Below the pieces are notes generated by a model. It had not been told where the DNA came from and did no database searches. It saw only the letters and a program-made list of their open reading frames with translations. 64,000 nucleotides of DNA from an uncultured Acidobacteriota bacterium (GTDB taxonomy: Bacteria; Acidobacteriota; Thermoanaerobaculia; Multivoradales; UBA5704). Shown here in pieces: positions 1 to 10,063 of this stretch (positions are counted from its first letter, which is position 1; each line of letters begins with the position of its first letter). The position numbers and the translations under genes were made by a program. The stretch is taken from assembly GCA_963770895.1 (NCBI GenBank), contig CAVYRF010000002.1, positions 640,001 through 704,000 of the forward strand. The letters run 5' to 3'.

Positions 1-778
1 GTTCCGCCCCGGCGGCCACGGCGCGCTGCTCGACAACCTGCAGCGGCTGGCCGCGGCGGGGGCCGGCATCGTGCTGCTCAAGAACATCGACAACGTCGTC
101 ACCGACCGCGGGCTGCCGCTGGTGACGCGCTGGAAAAAGCTCCTGGGCGGGCTGCTGCTGGCGACCGAAGAGCGCGTCTTCGCGCTGCTGTCCCAGCTTG
201 ACGGCGGCACGCCCGACCGCCAGGCGATCGCGGCGGCGGCGGGCTTCGTCCAAGAGGACCTGTCGCGGCCGTTGCCGGCGGCTTTTGCCGCGGCGAGCGC
301 CGGGGAGCAGTGCCGGCTGCTGATTCAGGCGCTCGACCGGCCGCTGCGCGTCGCCGGCGTGGTGCGCAACAGCGGCGAGCCCGGCGGCGGGCCGTTCTGG
401 GTGGAGTCGGCGGCGGGTCAGGTGTCGCTGCAGATCGTCGAGGCGTCGCAGATCAGCCCCGACCCCGAGCAGCAGGCGGTGCTGGCCGCGTCCACCCACT
501 TCAACCCGGTGGACATCGCCTGCGCCGTCCACGACCGCCACGGCCGCGCCCACGACCTGGACCGCTTCGTCGATCGCGACACGGTGTTCATCTCACAGCG
601 CTCGCACGAAGGGCGGCCGCTCAAGGCGCTGGAGCATCCCGGCCTGTGGAATGGCGCCATGGCGGGCTGGAACACCATCTTCGTGGAAGTCCCCAACGCC
701 ACGTTCGCGCCGGTCAAGACGGTGCTCGACCTGCTGCGGCCCGAGCACCAGACCGAAGACATGGAGGCGCCGCTATGA
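1..778 (+). CDS. DUF4301 family protein (5'-truncated by window edge)
   Basis: Motifs RPLRVAGVVRNSGEPGGGPFWV, STHFNPVD, LKALEHPGLWNGAMAGWNTIFVEVP and TFAPVKTVLDLLRPEHQ. The frame is open from the window start (PGGHGALLDNL). Confidence 0.85.
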   Translation, partial: FRPGGHGALLDNLQRLAAAGAGIVLLKNIDNVVTDRGLPLVTRWKKLLGGLLLATEERVFALLSQLDGGTPDRQAIAAAAGFVQEDLSRPLPAAFAAASAGEQCRLLIQALDRPLRVAGVVRNSGEPGGGPFWVESAAGQVSLQIVEASQISPDPEQQAVLAASTHFNPVDIACAVHDRHGRAHDLDRFVDRDTVFISQRSHEGRPLKALEHPGLWNGAMAGWNTIFVEVPNATFAPVKTVLDLLRPEHQTEDMEAPL

Positions 779-1536
779 GCAGCAGCCAGCCGGCGTTCGC
801 GCGCGCGGTGGTGGTCGGGGCTTCGTCGGGCATCGGTGAAGCGATCGCGCTCGCCATCGCGCAAGGCGGCGGCAGCGTCGCGCTGGTCGGCCGGCGCGAG
901 GGCGAGCTGCGGCGCGTCGAAGCGGCGATCCGCGCCGCGGGGCGCGGCCAGGCGCAGGTCTACGTCCACGACGTCACCGACTTCGACGCCACGCCGGCGC
1001 TCTTCCAGCGCATCGTCGACGGCCTCGGCGGGCTCGACACCGTGGTGTATGCCGCCGGGGTCATGCCGGCGGTCGAAGACAGCGAATACAGCTTCGCCAA
1101 GGACCGCACCATGGTGCAGGTCAACCTGCTGGGCGCCATGGCCTGGCTCAACCTGGGCGCGGCGCACTGCGAAGCCGCTCGCGGCGGCACCCTGATCGGC
1201 ATCGGCAGCGTCGCCGGCGAGCGCGGCCGCCGCGGCGCTCCCGGCTACGGCGCCTCCAAGGCGGGCGTGCACTCCTACCTGGAGTCGCTGCGCAACCGGC
1301 TGGCGCGCCACGGCGTCAACGTGGTCACCATCAAACCGGGCTTCGTGGACACCGCCATGACGCGCGGCAAGCCCGGGCTGTTCTGGCTCATCTCGCCGCG
1401 CCAGGCCGCCGCCGCCACGCTGGCGCTGGCGCGGCGCGGCGACAGCGCCAGCGGCTTCGTGCCGGCGCGGTGGGGGCTGGTGGCCCTGGTGGTGCGGACC
1501 ATCCCCTCCTTTCTTTTTCGGCGGCTGAACTTTTGA
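775..1536 (+). CDS. SDR family NAD(P)-dependent oxidoreductase, DprE2-like
   Basis: ATG at 775 overlaps the upstream stop (ATGA). GASSGIG Rossmann motif, YGASK catalytic motif, KPGFVDT. Adjacent to a DprE1-like gene. Confidence 0.85.
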   Translation: MSSSQPAFARAVVVGASSGIGEAIALAIAQGGGSVALVGRREGELRRVEAAIRAAGRGQAQVYVHDVTDFDATPALFQRIVDGLGGLDTVVYAAGVMPAVEDSEYSFAKDRTMVQVNLLGAMAWLNLGAAHCEAARGGTLIGIGSVAGERGRRGAPGYGASKAGVHSYLESLRNRLARHGVNVVTIKPGFVDTAMTRGKPGLFWLISPRQAAAATLALARRGDSASGFVPARWGLVALVVRTIPSFLFRRLNF

Positions 1537-3047
1537 GCCGCCGCGCCGACGACCCCGACGGCAATCCCGACCCCGGCGGCGCCCCCGACGGAGCGGTGCG
1601 GGACGCCGGCTGGCACGCCCTGCACGGCTTCGGGCGATCGGTCGGCGCCGCCTGCCGCGTCGTGGCACCGCGCGACGCGGGCGAAGTGGCGGCGCTGCTC
1701 GGACAGGCGCGGCGGCTGGGGCTGGCGGTCACGGCGCGCGGCGCCGGGCGCAGCTACGGCGACGCCTCGCTCAACGCGCGGGGCTTGGTCCTGGACCTGC
1801 GGCAGATGGCGCGCATGCTCAGCTGGGACCCGGTGGCGGGGATCGCCGACGTCGAGCCGGGGCTGACCGTCGAAGGGCTGTGGCGGCGGACGATCGAAGA
1901 CGGCTACTGGCCGGCGGTGGTGCCGGGCACCTCGGCACCCACCCTCGGCGGGTGCGCCGCGATGAACATCCACGGCAAGAACAACTTTCGCGTCGGCATC
2001 TTCGGCGACCACCTGCTCGACCTGGACCTGTTGACGGCGTCCGGTGAGGTGCTGCGCTGCAGCCGCGACGAAAATCCAGCGCTGTTCCACGCCGCGGTCG
2101 GCGGCCTGGGGCTGCTGGGGGTGATCACCCGGCTGCGGCTGCGCCTCAAGCGGGTGGGCAGCGGCCTGCTGCGGGTCGAGCCGTTCGCCGGGCGGTCGTT
2201 CGATCACCTGGTGGACGGCTTCGAAGAGCGGCTGGATACCGCCGACTACCTGGTCGGCTGGATCGACGGCTTCGCCAGCGGGCGGCAGACTGGCCGCGGC
2301 CAGGGGCACCGCGCCGACCACGTGGACGCCGACGACGACCCCGGTGGGCTGTCCGCATCGGGGCGGCCGCTGTCGCTCCACGTCGAGCGCCAGCTGCTGC
2401 CGGGGCGGATCTTCGGCGTGCCCAGCGGCCAGGTGTGGCGGCTGCTGCGGCTGGTCGCCAACGATCCAGGCTGGCGCCTGGTGAACGCCGCCAAGTCCTG
2501 GATGGCGCGCGTGCAATGGGCGTCGCACTCCTTCCGGCAGTCGCACGTCGCCTTTGCCTTCCTGCTCGACTACGTGCCCGACTGGTGGCGTGCCTATGGC
2601 CAGGGCGGCTTCATCCAGCACCAGCTGTTCATCCCCGCCGGCGCCGTACGCGCCCTGGTGCCGCAAGTGCTGCAAACCTGCCAGCGGCGGGGTTTCCCGA
2701 CCTACCTGGCGGTGCTCAAGCGGCACCGCCCGGACGCCTTCCTGCTATCGCACGGCCTTGACGGGTATTCGCTGGCGATGGATTTCCCGGTGCGGGAAGG
2801 CCGGCGGCCGGCGCTCTGGGCGCTGGCGCACGAGATCGCCGAGCGGGTGCTGGACGCCGGCGGCACCTTCTACATGGCCAAGGACGCGCTGCTCCGCCCG
2901 CAGGACCTGGCGCGCGCCTACGGCCGGCGGCTGACGGCCTTCCTGGAGCTCAAGCGGCAGCTCGACCCTGAAAGCCTCTTCACTTCCGACCTGGCGCGGC
3001 GCCTGCTGCCGTCGCTCGGCCGCGGCGCCGACGCCCAGGCGGCGTGA
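1533..3047 (+). CDS. FAD-binding oxidoreductase, DprE1 (decaprenylphosphoryl-ribose oxidase)-like
   Basis: RGAGRSYGD, PGTSAPTLGG, NIHGKNN, GGLGLLGVI, GYSLAMDFP, YMAKD and FTSDLARRL. Probable TTG start at 1533 overlapping the SDR stop. Confidence 0.85.
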   Translation: MSRRADDPDGNPDPGGAPDGAVRDAGWHALHGFGRSVGAACRVVAPRDAGEVAALLGQARRLGLAVTARGAGRSYGDASLNARGLVLDLRQMARMLSWDPVAGIADVEPGLTVEGLWRRTIEDGYWPAVVPGTSAPTLGGCAAMNIHGKNNFRVGIFGDHLLDLDLLTASGEVLRCSRDENPALFHAAVGGLGLLGVITRLRLRLKRVGSGLLRVEPFAGRSFDHLVDGFEERLDTADYLVGWIDGFASGRQTGRGQGHRADHVDADDDPGGLSASGRPLSLHVERQLLPGRIFGVPSGQVWRLLRLVANDPGWRLVNAAKSWMARVQWASHSFRQSHVAFAFLLDYVPDWWRAYGQGGFIQHQLFIPAGAVRALVPQVLQTCQRRGFPTYLAVLKRHRPDAFLLSHGLDGYSLAMDFPVREGRRPALWALAHEIAERVLDAGGTFYMAKDALLRPQDLARAYGRRLTAFLELKRQLDPESLFTSDLARRLLPSLGRGADAQAA

Positions 3048-3208
3048 GCGGGGCGCTGTGGCGCCGCCAGCCGGCGGTCACACGCCACCACAGTCAGGCG
3101 GGCACGGTGGCGGTCCGCTGGGGCTGGCTTGCGAGGCGCGGCCGGTGCCGGAAGCGAGCAGCAGGCCAAGCAGCAAGATTGACAGCGCGATACGGCGGGC
3201 GTTCAGGG

Positions 3209-4645
3209 TCATCGGGTGTCTCCTCCTGAAGCAAAAGGTGCGGCGGAAAGCGTCGCCGCGGACGCGGGCAGGACGTCGGGCCACCAGGTGCCGGGGACGT
3301 CGAGCGGCCAGGGGCAGGTGTCCTGGATGTGCAGGTCGCGGAACATCGGCGAGTGGTCGCGCAGGGGGAAGACCAGGGTGTCGCGGCCGCGACAGCGGAA
3401 GTCGGGGGACGCGAAGGTGATCCCCAGGGTGATCACCAGCTCCAGCACGACATAGATCGCCGCCGCGGCCAGCACCTGGCGGGCGCGGGGCGTGCGCAGC
3501 AGCACGCCGCCCAGCAGGGTGAGCGGCAGCACCGCGGCGTGGAACAGGCACAGCCCCTGCCAGTACATCAGGGTGGTCGGCGAGATGGCAAAGACCGCCA
3601 CCGCAGCCACGAAGCACAGCACCACGTAACCGCGCAGCCAGGAGCGATCGGGGGCGTCCGCCGGCAGGCGGCGCAGCCAGGGATGGCGCAGGCGCTTGAA
3701 CAGCCACACGTTGGCGGCCAGCGGCAACACCAGGGTGAGCGGGCCGACGACTTCGAACATCGCCCTGAACCAGGGGGTCAGGCGGCGGTCGGCGGCGGCG
3801 CTCCACGCCTCGGTGAAATCCAGCTGACTGGTCCTGCCGGCCAGCGACAGCGAGCTATAGCGCAGCCAGTAGAAAACGCCGCGCGGCAGCGAATACACCA
3901 GGCCGCGGCCGGGAAAGCCCTTGTGGACTGCCGCCAGCATGTGGGGCTGGGCCATCACGGTGGCGGCCCAGGGCACCAGCGGCAGGGCCCCCAGGGCGGC
4001 GCCGCACACGGCCGCCATCAAGTTGAGATGGATGTAGCCGCGCCACCACAGCAGCGCCGAAGCCACCGCCAGCAACAGGAACGACGGGTGGATCTGGAGC
4101 GCCAGCGCCAGGGTCGCGACGTGCAGCAACGAAGCGACCGCGCCCGGCGAACGCCGCAGATGGAAGGCGGTGGCGAAGTGGACGGCAGAGGCCAGGAACA
4201 GGTAGTTGGGATTCCATAGGAAGCCCCCAAAGTAGAGCTGCCAGGGGCTCAGCCAGTAGAGCACCAGGAACAGCAGCCGCTCCCGCACCGACACGATCGC
4301 GGCCAGGGTGCGGTCGAGCAGCAGGTACCCCGCCAGGTGGCAGAGCGCCACCACCGCGGTGGCGGCGCGATGATGGCGCCACACCAAGAGAGGCAGCCCC
4401 ACCAGCAGGGTGGTGACGCCGCCGGGAGCGTTGCCGCCGGTGGAAAGCGGGTTGCCGAACCACACCATGCGGCCGCGCACCGCCAGCAGCCAACCGCGCG
4501 CCAGCAGGTTGAGCTGATCGCCCCCGACCTGGCTGCGGGCCACCAGCAGCGCCGACAGCAGGGCGCCCGCGGCGGCGCCGGTCCATAGCAGCCACTCCAC
4601 GCCGCGCGCCGGCGCGCGGCGCGCCGGGCCGGCGGCGGAGCTCAA
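3209..4645 (-). CDS. Polytopic membrane protein, probable GT-C/ArnT-like glycosyltransferase
   Basis: N-terminal TM followed by a GGDQ loop, many TM helices, and LWNPNY and QIHPS motifs. Coupled to the upstream O-antigen ligase gene. Confidence 0.55.
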   Translation of the reverse strand: MSSAAGPARRAPARGVEWLLWTGAAAGALLSALLVARSQVGGDQLNLLARGWLLAVRGRMVWFGNPLSTGGNAPGGVTTLLVGLPLLVWRHHRAATAVVALCHLAGYLLLDRTLAAIVSVRERLLFLVLYWLSPWQLYFGGFLWNPNYLFLASAVHFATAFHLRRSPGAVASLLHVATLALALQIHPSFLLLAVASALLWWRGYIHLNLMAAVCGAALGALPLVPWAATVMAQPHMLAAVHKGFPGRGLVYSLPRGVFYWLRYSSLSLAGRTSQLDFTEAWSAAADRRLTPWFRAMFEVVGPLTLVLPLAANVWLFKRLRHPWLRRLPADAPDRSWLRGYVVLCFVAAVAVFAISPTTLMYWQGLCLFHAAVLPLTLLGGVLLRTPRARQVLAAAAIYVVLELVITLGITFASPDFRCRGRDTLVFPLRDHSPMFRDLHIQDTCPWPLDVPGTWWPDVLPASAATLSAAPFASGGDTR

Positions 4646-6228
4646 TCGGCCACCGGTGCCGCGGTGAACGCGCCCGAGCCGGCGATGCCGCCGGGAGTGC
4701 CGGGCGTGCCGGGAGCACCGAGGGCGCCGGCGGCAGCAGGGGCGGCGCCGGGAGCGACCTGACCGGCGGCGGCGGTCGCGGCCGCCGGCTCGGTTTCGGC
4801 GAGCGCCAGGCAGAACGGCATCATCAGGACGAACAGCGCCAGGCGCTTGACCTCGGCGTCCCCCCAGTTGTTTTCGAACAGGCCGGCCAGGTTGAAGGCC
4901 AGCAGCGCCAGGACGCTACCCAGGTAGATCTCGGCGCGGCGGCCGGACAGGCCGCCCTCGGCGCGGTAGCGCGCCAGCGACAGCTTGACGCTGGCAAGCA
5001 TCAGCCAGATGTAGGCCGCCAGGGATGGCAGGCCGCGCTCGGCGGCCATTTCCAGGAAGCTGTCGTGCAGGTGCGGCACCCAATAGCGCGGCGCCGTCGG
5101 CTGGCGGTAAACCTGGTAGCGGTGGTCCACCATGTCCGGACCCAGCCCCACGATCGGCCGCTCGGCGATCATGTGGAACCCGGCGTCGAGCATGCACAGG
5201 CGGTCGTAGTTGGACGGGTCGCGCAGGTCGAAGATCGACTTGACGCGGTGCAGCACCGACGCGGGCACCACCAGAAACTCCGCCAGCAGGGCCAAGGCAA
5301 AGATCGCGGCGTATCGCCGGCCGCGGTGCCGCGGCTCTCCCGCCGGACGCGGCCGCCGCCAACGCCTGCCGTGCGCCGCCAGCAGCACCAAAAGCGTGCC
5401 GGCGAGCGCCACCCAGGCGCCGCGGGTGAGCGTGCCCACCAGCGCCACGTTGATCAACGCCAGGGCGATCCAGCGCCAGGGGCTGCGCGCCGCGCGGCCG
5501 CACACCATCTGGGTGATCAGCAGCACGTCGCAGATCAGCAGCACCCCCGACAGCGTCATGTAGTGCGAGAACGGACCGCGGATGCGCTGGTCCAGCTCGC
5601 CGAAGCTGACCCACAGGTACTGCGACAGGCCGCGCAGTGCGATCAGCGCCGCCACCGCCACCATGCCGTCGATCACCCAGCGCAGCTCGCGCTCGCCGCG
5701 CACCAGGCCGGGGCCCAGGAACAGCGTCGCCATGGCGAACGTCTCGCCGGTGCTGTACAGGCTGCCGCGGATGTCGTACGACAGCACGATCGAGGCGGCC
5801 AGAAACACCAGGTAGAACCCCATCGGCAGCAGCACCGGCCGCAGCACCTCCCACCGCACCCGCCGCGCCGCCAGGGCGCGGGGAGCGAGCAGCAGCGTGA
5901 TGCCCAGCGTGATGTTCGACAGCGCCAGGGCGAACACCGTGTACAGGTGCAGCGAATACGCGATGCACGCCGCCCGCCGCCAGCGGCCGCCGGAGCCGCT
6001 CTCCGGTGGCAGCGCCTCGGCGGCGCCGCTGCCGTGAGACCACCCCGCCGGCGACGCCGCAACGCCGGCGCCACCTCCAACACCACCGGCACGCCCCACG
6101 CCGCCGGCGGGTCCGCCGCCGCCCGCGGGACCCACCCCGCCGGCAGGATCGGCGTCTTCCGCCGTAACCGGCAGCGGCCGGCCTGCCGGGCCGGCGGCAG
6201 GGTGATCAGCGGAAAGTTTGTCGCGCAT
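4642..6228 (-). CDS. O-antigen ligase (Wzy_C) family protein
   Basis: RIRGPFSHYMT, TLTRGAW, SNYDR, PIVGLG and HLHDSFLEMAAERG; multi-TM. Start uncertain (ATG 6228). Confidence 0.85.
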   Translation of the reverse strand: MRDKLSADHPAAGPAGRPLPVTAEDADPAGGVGPAGGGGPAGGVGRAGGVGGGAGVAASPAGWSHGSGAAEALPPESGSGGRWRRAACIAYSLHLYTVFALALSNITLGITLLLAPRALAARRVRWEVLRPVLLPMGFYLVFLAASIVLSYDIRGSLYSTGETFAMATLFLGPGLVRGERELRWVIDGMVAVAALIALRGLSQYLWVSFGELDQRIRGPFSHYMTLSGVLLICDVLLITQMVCGRAARSPWRWIALALINVALVGTLTRGAWVALAGTLLVLLAAHGRRWRRPRPAGEPRHRGRRYAAIFALALLAEFLVVPASVLHRVKSIFDLRDPSNYDRLCMLDAGFHMIAERPIVGLGPDMVDHRYQVYRQPTAPRYWVPHLHDSFLEMAAERGLPSLAAYIWLMLASVKLSLARYRAEGGLSGRRAEIYLGSVLALLAFNLAGLFENNWGDAEVKRLALFVLMMPFCLALAETEPAAATAAAGQVAPGAAPAAAGALGAPGTPGTPGGIAGSGAFTAAPVAD

Positions 6229-6329
6229 GGGAAGTCGGCCGCCGCGTTGCGCGGCTGCCGGCGCCAAACCTTATCTCTCGCCGGCGGTCCTTGTCATCCA
6301 CGCGACCCCTGAAACGGCGGCCGCGCACA

Positions 6330-6386
6330 ACCAAACGGCGCCGCCGCCCTCCCGGTCCGGCAAACCGGGACGGCGACGGCGGCGGC
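6330..6386 (-). terminator. Probable intrinsic terminator
   Basis: GC-rich hairpin gccgccgccctcccggt/accgggacggcgacggcggc downstream of the minus-strand gene ending at 6431, with only a short GTTT tail. Confidence 0.4.
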
Positions 6387-6430
6387 CCTGCGTACGGCAG
6401 CGCTCAGGATGGGAGAGGTTCAGCCGGCGG

Positions 6431-6940
6431 TCAGGACGCCTGCCGAGGGCACTGGCCGATCGGGCTGTAATCGGGGTCGCCGCCCCAGGCCAGCTTTTTC
6501 AACGTGTCGTAGGTCTGCGTCTGGGCCGGATCCAGGATCGCGACAAAGCTGGTGTTGAACGCCTCACGGGCGGCGATGATCGCATCGCGGTTCGAATACA
6601 GCGCCAGCGTCGCCGTGCCGATCGTCGCCGGGTCCGGCGTCGTGGCCGCCAGATCGCCCTCCAGCGCCGTACACAGCGCCGGACGCGCCTGCCGCAGCGG
6701 CGTCACCGCGTCCTGCAACGACGTCCAAAAACCCATCAAGCTGGTCGTCTGCGATGCCGACAGGCCCAGAAACCGCGCCAGCACGCGGGGATGATGAAGG
6801 ATGTAGTCTGCGCCGACCGCATTGTTGGCGACCGGTGCGGCGGCGGTCGTCGCGGCGGAAGATTGCGCGGCAAGCGGCAGGGCAAGCAGGCCCAGCAGCA
6901 GACAGGAAGACACAGCACGGCTCACCAGTTGTGTATGCAT
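6431..6940 (-). CDS. Secreted Spy/CpxP-like helical periplasmic protein
   Basis: AAAGGAG RBS before ATG 6940; signal peptide (LLALPLAA); LGLSASQ and ILDPAQ motifs resemble LTxEQ. Confidence 0.65.
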   Translation of the reverse strand: MHTQLVSRAVSSCLLLGLLALPLAAQSSAATTAAAPVANNAVGADYILHHPRVLARFLGLSASQTTSLMGFWTSLQDAVTPLRQARPALCTALEGDLAATTPDPATIGTATLALYSNRDAIIAAREAFNTSFVAILDPAQTQTYDTLKKLAWGGDPDYSPIGQCPRQAS

Positions 6941-7201
6941 TGGGAACTCCTTTCGATCGTCAAACGGAATCGGTACACGTCGCAAAGCGGGCGCAAACCC
7001 GCCATCGAAAGGGCGCGACCCACAAGCCGGTTGCCTCAGCTCCCCCTGGTCGAGCCGCCACCCCCTCCGCCCTCAGAAACCCACGGCCCCGCATTTTCAT
7101 GCGCCCATAAAGAAATCTGCATTACAACCTCGGCCCGGCCCCCGCCTGCCCACCCCAGCCACGCCCTCACCCCGGGGCTCCAAACCGGCAGGCCGTCCCG
7201 A

Positions 7202-8116
7202 TCAACGCAGATAGACACCTGAGAAGGCAGCATGGTGCCGGCGGATCACCAAGCCCACAAGATGCGCGCCGACCACCAAGCTATAGATGGCCAGAACCGT
7301 GCCGACGATTCTTCCCAATGTCGGCATCCACTGGAGCCCCCATCCAACCAACATGTTGCAAACCAGCAAGCCACCCAGGAGGCCCCCCACTTGCAAGCCG
7401 TCCTCACCGCAAACGGCCAGTGCCTGCACGTGAAGATCGAGCCGCAAGGCCGCCCAGGGAGTCCAGCGCATCGCCACAGCTCCCAGTGCCGGACCGACAA
7501 GAAGGATACCGATCAGACCTCCCCCGGCCAGGGCCAGCTTGCACTGCACGTACCCACCGTTCCATACCGGCGCGCTCCAACCACATCCGCTGAACCGCGC
7601 CAGCAGTGCGCCAGGAAGCCAAGCCGCCAGCGCCGCGGCGGCCACTCCCCACATCTCTCCCACACGTTCCTGCACGTCGCCGAACTCAGGCCAGTCCGGC
7701 GGCTCATTGTCACCATCCGCCGTCGCCCGTACGATCGCGCACACCCAGCTCGCCAACAGCAATATCAGGGCCCAACCCAGCCCAGGCACCACCTGCACCA
7801 CCATGGCGCCGCTCAAAAGCACCAGGCTCATCCCCGCCCCGCGCCCACGGAACGGGTACCCATGCGCCGCCCAAACCGGGTAAGGCACACTTCGGAGCAG
7901 CGCGCGGCGCAACGCCGGAGCCGACGCAGGTCCATCCGGATCCAACGGCAAAGCCCGCTCCCCGCACCGACCGCAAAACAGCAGCCGATGGCCCAACTCG
8001 ATGCAACCCAGGCACAGCAAGCCGCCGCACCCCTCGCAACCATACGCAGCCGTTCTATCCGCGTGCTCGCCGCATCGTCGATACGCTACCGTCGTCAACG
8101 AGGAAAGGTCACCCAT
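7202..8116 (-). CDS. Membrane protein with N-terminal Cys/His zinc-finger (B-box-like) and DUF4013-like region
   Basis: CGEH..CEGC..LCLGC..CGRC followed by GYPFRG, ADGDNEPPDWPEF and several TM helices. Confidence 0.6.
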   Translation of the reverse strand: MGDLSSLTTVAYRRCGEHADRTAAYGCEGCGGLLCLGCIELGHRLLFCGRCGERALPLDPDGPASAPALRRALLRSVPYPVWAAHGYPFRGRGAGMSLVLLSGAMVVQVVPGLGWALILLLASWVCAIVRATADGDNEPPDWPEFGDVQERVGEMWGVAAAALAAWLPGALLARFSGCGWSAPVWNGGYVQCKLALAGGGLIGILLVGPALGAVAMRWTPWAALRLDLHVQALAVCGEDGLQVGGLLGGLLVCNMLVGWGLQWMPTLGRIVGTVLAIYSLVVGAHLVGLVIRRHHAAFSGVYLR

Positions 8117-8297
8117 GCCATCCGTGCGCGGCAGCGGAAAGCAGATCGCTCCGAGCCGCAAGCGCGGCGCCAGATGCATCCCGACGTCCGAACCGATTCC
8201 GCACAGATCGATCTACGCCAGACCGGCACCTTCCGTTACACGGCCTGCGCTTGCATCCCGGCCGCCAACTCGCTGGGTTTTCTGCCACGCCGCCTGA

Positions 8298-8697
8298 TTA
8301 CTCCAAGTAGCTGAGCTCGATCAAGGCGTAGTCGGTTCCTTCCTCGGTCAGATATTGATGGCCTGGGGAGGCGGACTCAGCCAAGGCGGCCAACTTCTCC
8401 GCGCATTCAGACCATCGATCAGAGGTGTTTGACCAGAGATATGCCGGCCCTCCACCACCCACATAAAGAAGCTCGAGGGCTTTAGAGGGCGAAGCAATAA
8501 CCGTTCGCAAACTCAGGGCGACACTCTGGCCTGTCGCACATTTGACAACCGAACAGAATGCCACCTCACGCATGCCACCTGAAGCAAGACCCTCAAAGAG
8601 TCGAGTGGTCGCCGTCAAGTCGTCACGCTCCTGGATCGCGATCCTGAGAGTCGGGCCATATGCGTCCCTCGTACGACGACAGCTGCACGGGCTTCAT
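8298..8697 (-). pseudogene. Small putative immunity protein with apparent +1 frameshift near 8667
   Basis: ATG 8697 reads MKPVQLSSYE. Removing one G from GAGGGAC joins it to DAYGPTLRIAIQERDDLTATTRLF...GHQYL...IELSYLE*. Lower GC; last gene of the Rhs island. Confidence 0.5.
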
Positions 8698-9068
8698 GTT
8701 TCGTTTGCTCCCGGCAAGAGGCACAGCTGCGGGGCCCAGCATACATGGACTGATCATAATTGTTGGCGAATCGGGATTCTCATCGAAGATATTTAGAAGT
8801 CTTTGCCATCATGTGGGTGGAGGCGCAGGACTTTGCGGCCGTCGGCTCGAATTCGCGGGCCAGTTCTTCGGACCACGACCAGCCCGGACCACTCAGCTTT
8901 CGAGCAGCCCTATTTCTGGTTCGCAGGCGCCACTCCTTTCCCTTGCGGGTCTTCACGCTCTTATGTGGGCGCCACCTGACGGCGGTCAAGGAGCTCCCCA
9001 TCGCTTGGGCAGAGCCTACCGACGCCCGAGGCCAAGCGTCCACGCTTCCCTCGCTGCGCTCGGCGGCT

Positions 9069-9310
9069 TTGGGTTGATTGGCGTCCCAGGCCCAGCCGGC
9101 GAGCTGGGTGCAGCTCGGGCTGGCGAACGAACCCGAAAAGCTGGGGGGCCGTACAGGTCACGGTGCGCGTGCCGAGCGATGTCGTGGCGCCGGTGAGCAC
9201 CAGCGTCACGGCCTGAGGCGTGCCGGTCTTGAACACGGCGGACGGGGGATCGGCAAAACCGGCGAGTTTGAGGTCGTTGCGGTGCCTGGCACGACGGTGA
9301 TGGCCGCCGC
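9069..9310 (-). repeat. Degenerate copy of Rhs gene segment ~14290-14545
   Basis: Alignable by eye (ttggcgtcccaggccc..ccggcgagctgggtgcagct..gaaaagctggg..gccggtcttgaac); carries a 21-bp deletion and frameshifts. Confidence 0.85.
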
Positions 9311-9379
9311 CACTTCGCTGCTGCTGCTCGTTTCGCTCATTCCCTTCCTCCGTGCGGAGGGGGGGAAGCGTGGCTCGTC

Positions 9380-10063
9380 GCGGTGATGGTGACGGTGCCG
9401 TCGGTCGTGGGGGCGGTGAACAGGCCGGTCGCATCGATCGAACCTGCCGACGCGGACCACAGGACGCCGGTGTCGGCGGCGCCTGTCACAGTGGCGGTGA
9501 ATTGCTGCATGCCGCCAGCGGCCACCGCGGTTTCCGCCGGGGCGACGGCGATCCCGATCAGCGGGCCGGCGCTCACGGTGACCGTCGCCAAGCCCTGTAC
9601 GGGGCCGCCTCCCGCCGCGGTGGACACCGCCAGGACGTGATAGACGCCGGGGCCGGCGGGGGCGGTGTAGAGCCCCGCCGTGGTGACACTGCCGCCTGTC
9701 GAGCCTTCCTCTACGCTCCAGGTCACGGCCGGGCTGGCGACACCGCTGACCTGCGCGGTGAAGGCCTGGCTGGCGCCCGGCGCAAGGCTCGGCGACGACG
9801 GCAGGATCATCAGGTCTTCGCTGATTGGGCCGGATTCGCCGCCGCCGTGGCGGTGACGGTGTACACGCCGGGCACGGAAGGCGCGGTGAACAGACCGTTG
9901 GCCGCAATCGACGCGGCGCCCGGCGACACGGCGACTCCGCTCACCGGCATGGTGGACACGACCGTGAGCGCCGCGGTGCTGGTCGCCAGCGGGTTGCCGA
10001 CGGTCTGAACCGTGACGGTATAGGAGCCCGCGGCCGCGTTGGCCGGCACCTGGAGAAGCCCGG
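9380..10063 (-). repeat. Near-identical copy of Rhs gene segment 14986-15802 (Ig-like repeats) with 22-bp and 111-bp deletions
   Basis: Direct sequence comparison; 817-22-111=684 bp matches the copy length; only a few SNPs. Confidence 0.95.
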
